Shown one piece after another: positions 62,841 to 64,000 of a stretch of DNA of 64,000 bases (positions within the stretch are counted from its first letter, which is position 1; each line of letters starts with the position of its first letter). Source of the DNA: Tubiluchus corallicola (lineage: Eukaryota > Animalia > Priapulida). The DNA lies in contig JAQGDQ010000655.1 in assembly GCA_030141605.1 (NCBI GenBank), positions 54,110-118,109 on the forward strand, in the 5' to 3' direction. The notes under the pieces were generated by a model. The model ran no database searches. It was not told the DNA's origin and saw only the letters and a list, made by a program, of their open reading frames with translations. Both the position numbers and the translations under genes were made by a program.

Positions 62841-64000
62841 GTGCTAAGATTCTTTTCTGATACGAAATCAAAGTGTCTAAAGGAAAAGCCAAGTCTCTCG
62901 GGAACTTGAGCTTATTCTAATATCTGAGAAAAATGTTAGAAAGTTTCAGCAATGAAATTGTGATAAGCTCCTCGTGTAATTAATAATTTCAATTTAAAAT
63001 TGTGATCGCTTCACGCTAGGGCGCGCTCATTTTTGCTGAAAAATGACGTCATCTGGTTACCGTACAATATAAACATTTATTCTACCAAGTGCTTCAGCAA
63101 TCTTTTTTGACTTATGAACGAACTCTATAAAGTAAGTAGTCCACCCGGTACCTACTGTATGCTCGCAGGTTTACACGTGTATCTAAAAGTCAACAAAATT
63201 TGTAAATTAATTATATTTACGCAATTAATGTATACTACTTACACATTTTACGGTCTAATCCTGTGGGTTAAAGCTACGTGATCACTTTAAGCTTGGTCAT
63301 AATTGACCAAATGACTAATTTTTAAATAAGCACAGTTAAATACCAGGCTAAAATAACTGAATTTCTGAGTGAACTGAGTGAAGAGAAATTTAATATCTTA
63401 TGACTTTATTTTTGGACATAATTGATCCAATGACCAATTTTTACATAAACACAGTTAAATGCAACGCTAGAATAACTGAACTTCTGAGTGAAATGTAGAA
63501 AATTGTCAACGCGTACCTTAATCATAGATTGCCTTCACAGCATTCACGCTGTACACCAGCCACCAGCTTACGTCATTTTTTTTCAACTATGCCGCCAGCG
63601 ACGTTCGTTTGGCGGGAGACAAAAAATATTTAAATTTCTTCTGCATTTTTAAGCAAAGCATTCTATGCGCATATACTGTGTGGTGATATCAGTATTTTTA
63701 ATTGCATATTAAAATGCAATAAATGTTGTTCGAGGGTCTGTTTTTCTTTTAAGAACATGATTCTTTTCACATCCTTGAATTTTAATTTAACTTTTTGTGT
63801 TCCTGGATGAGCATCACGAACTGGAAAAAAGTTGTCAGTAATCTTTTTTAAATAGAGTTCAAAATGATCCAAAGGAGAACGGCTGATGTAACTTAATTAG
63901 CATATTTTACTTGAATTTAAATAAGAAAAATTGCAATAGGGATAGCTCCCCTGTAGTGAATTATGAATTCTTTTAACGCCCAGTCCCATTTTCGTTGAGA

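Noticed and set aside
61827-62909. 360-aa Phe/Leu/Ser-rich ORF resembling a membrane protein
   Set aside because: Translation of a polypyrimidine tract that lacks stop codons by composition

Overview
AT-rich, intron-containing eukaryotic DNA from an invertebrate animal (the species cannot be determined from this window); not prokaryotic. The left 15.8 kb holds the 5' part of a PRRC2/BAT2 (Drosophila nocte-like) gene on the minus strand: one non-coding exon plus 11 coding exons with mutually consistent splice phases, running off the left edge. Head-to-head with it on the plus strand is a tandem cluster of serine beta-lactamase-family (lact-2 / family VIII esterase-like) genes: copy A (16954-28548, 7 coding exons, ~435 aa), copy B (33477-48231, 8 coding exons, ~428 aa) and the first exon of copy C (56051-56319). 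Introns and intergenic DNA contain non-autonomous DNA transposons (hAT-like MITEs with 8-bp TSDs, an abundant ~650-bp TIR family, TTAA-ended elements), two tRNA-derived SINEs, LINE 3' fragments, mini- and microsatellites. Most long ORFs in the track are repeat artefacts. Best leads: a single weak-context upstream AUG opening an ORF that overlaps the PRRC2 start (possible autoregulation, since PRRC2 proteins promote leaky scanning); paralog diversification in the lactamase cluster (different N-termini, replaced motif-3 His, a precise intron presence/absence next to the catalytic SxxK); a tandem repeat that duplicates a splice donor; a PAR-bZIP-site minisatellite; and a cruciform-capable palindrome upstream of copy C. 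Gene models and coordinates were derived by eye; repeat boundaries are approximate.
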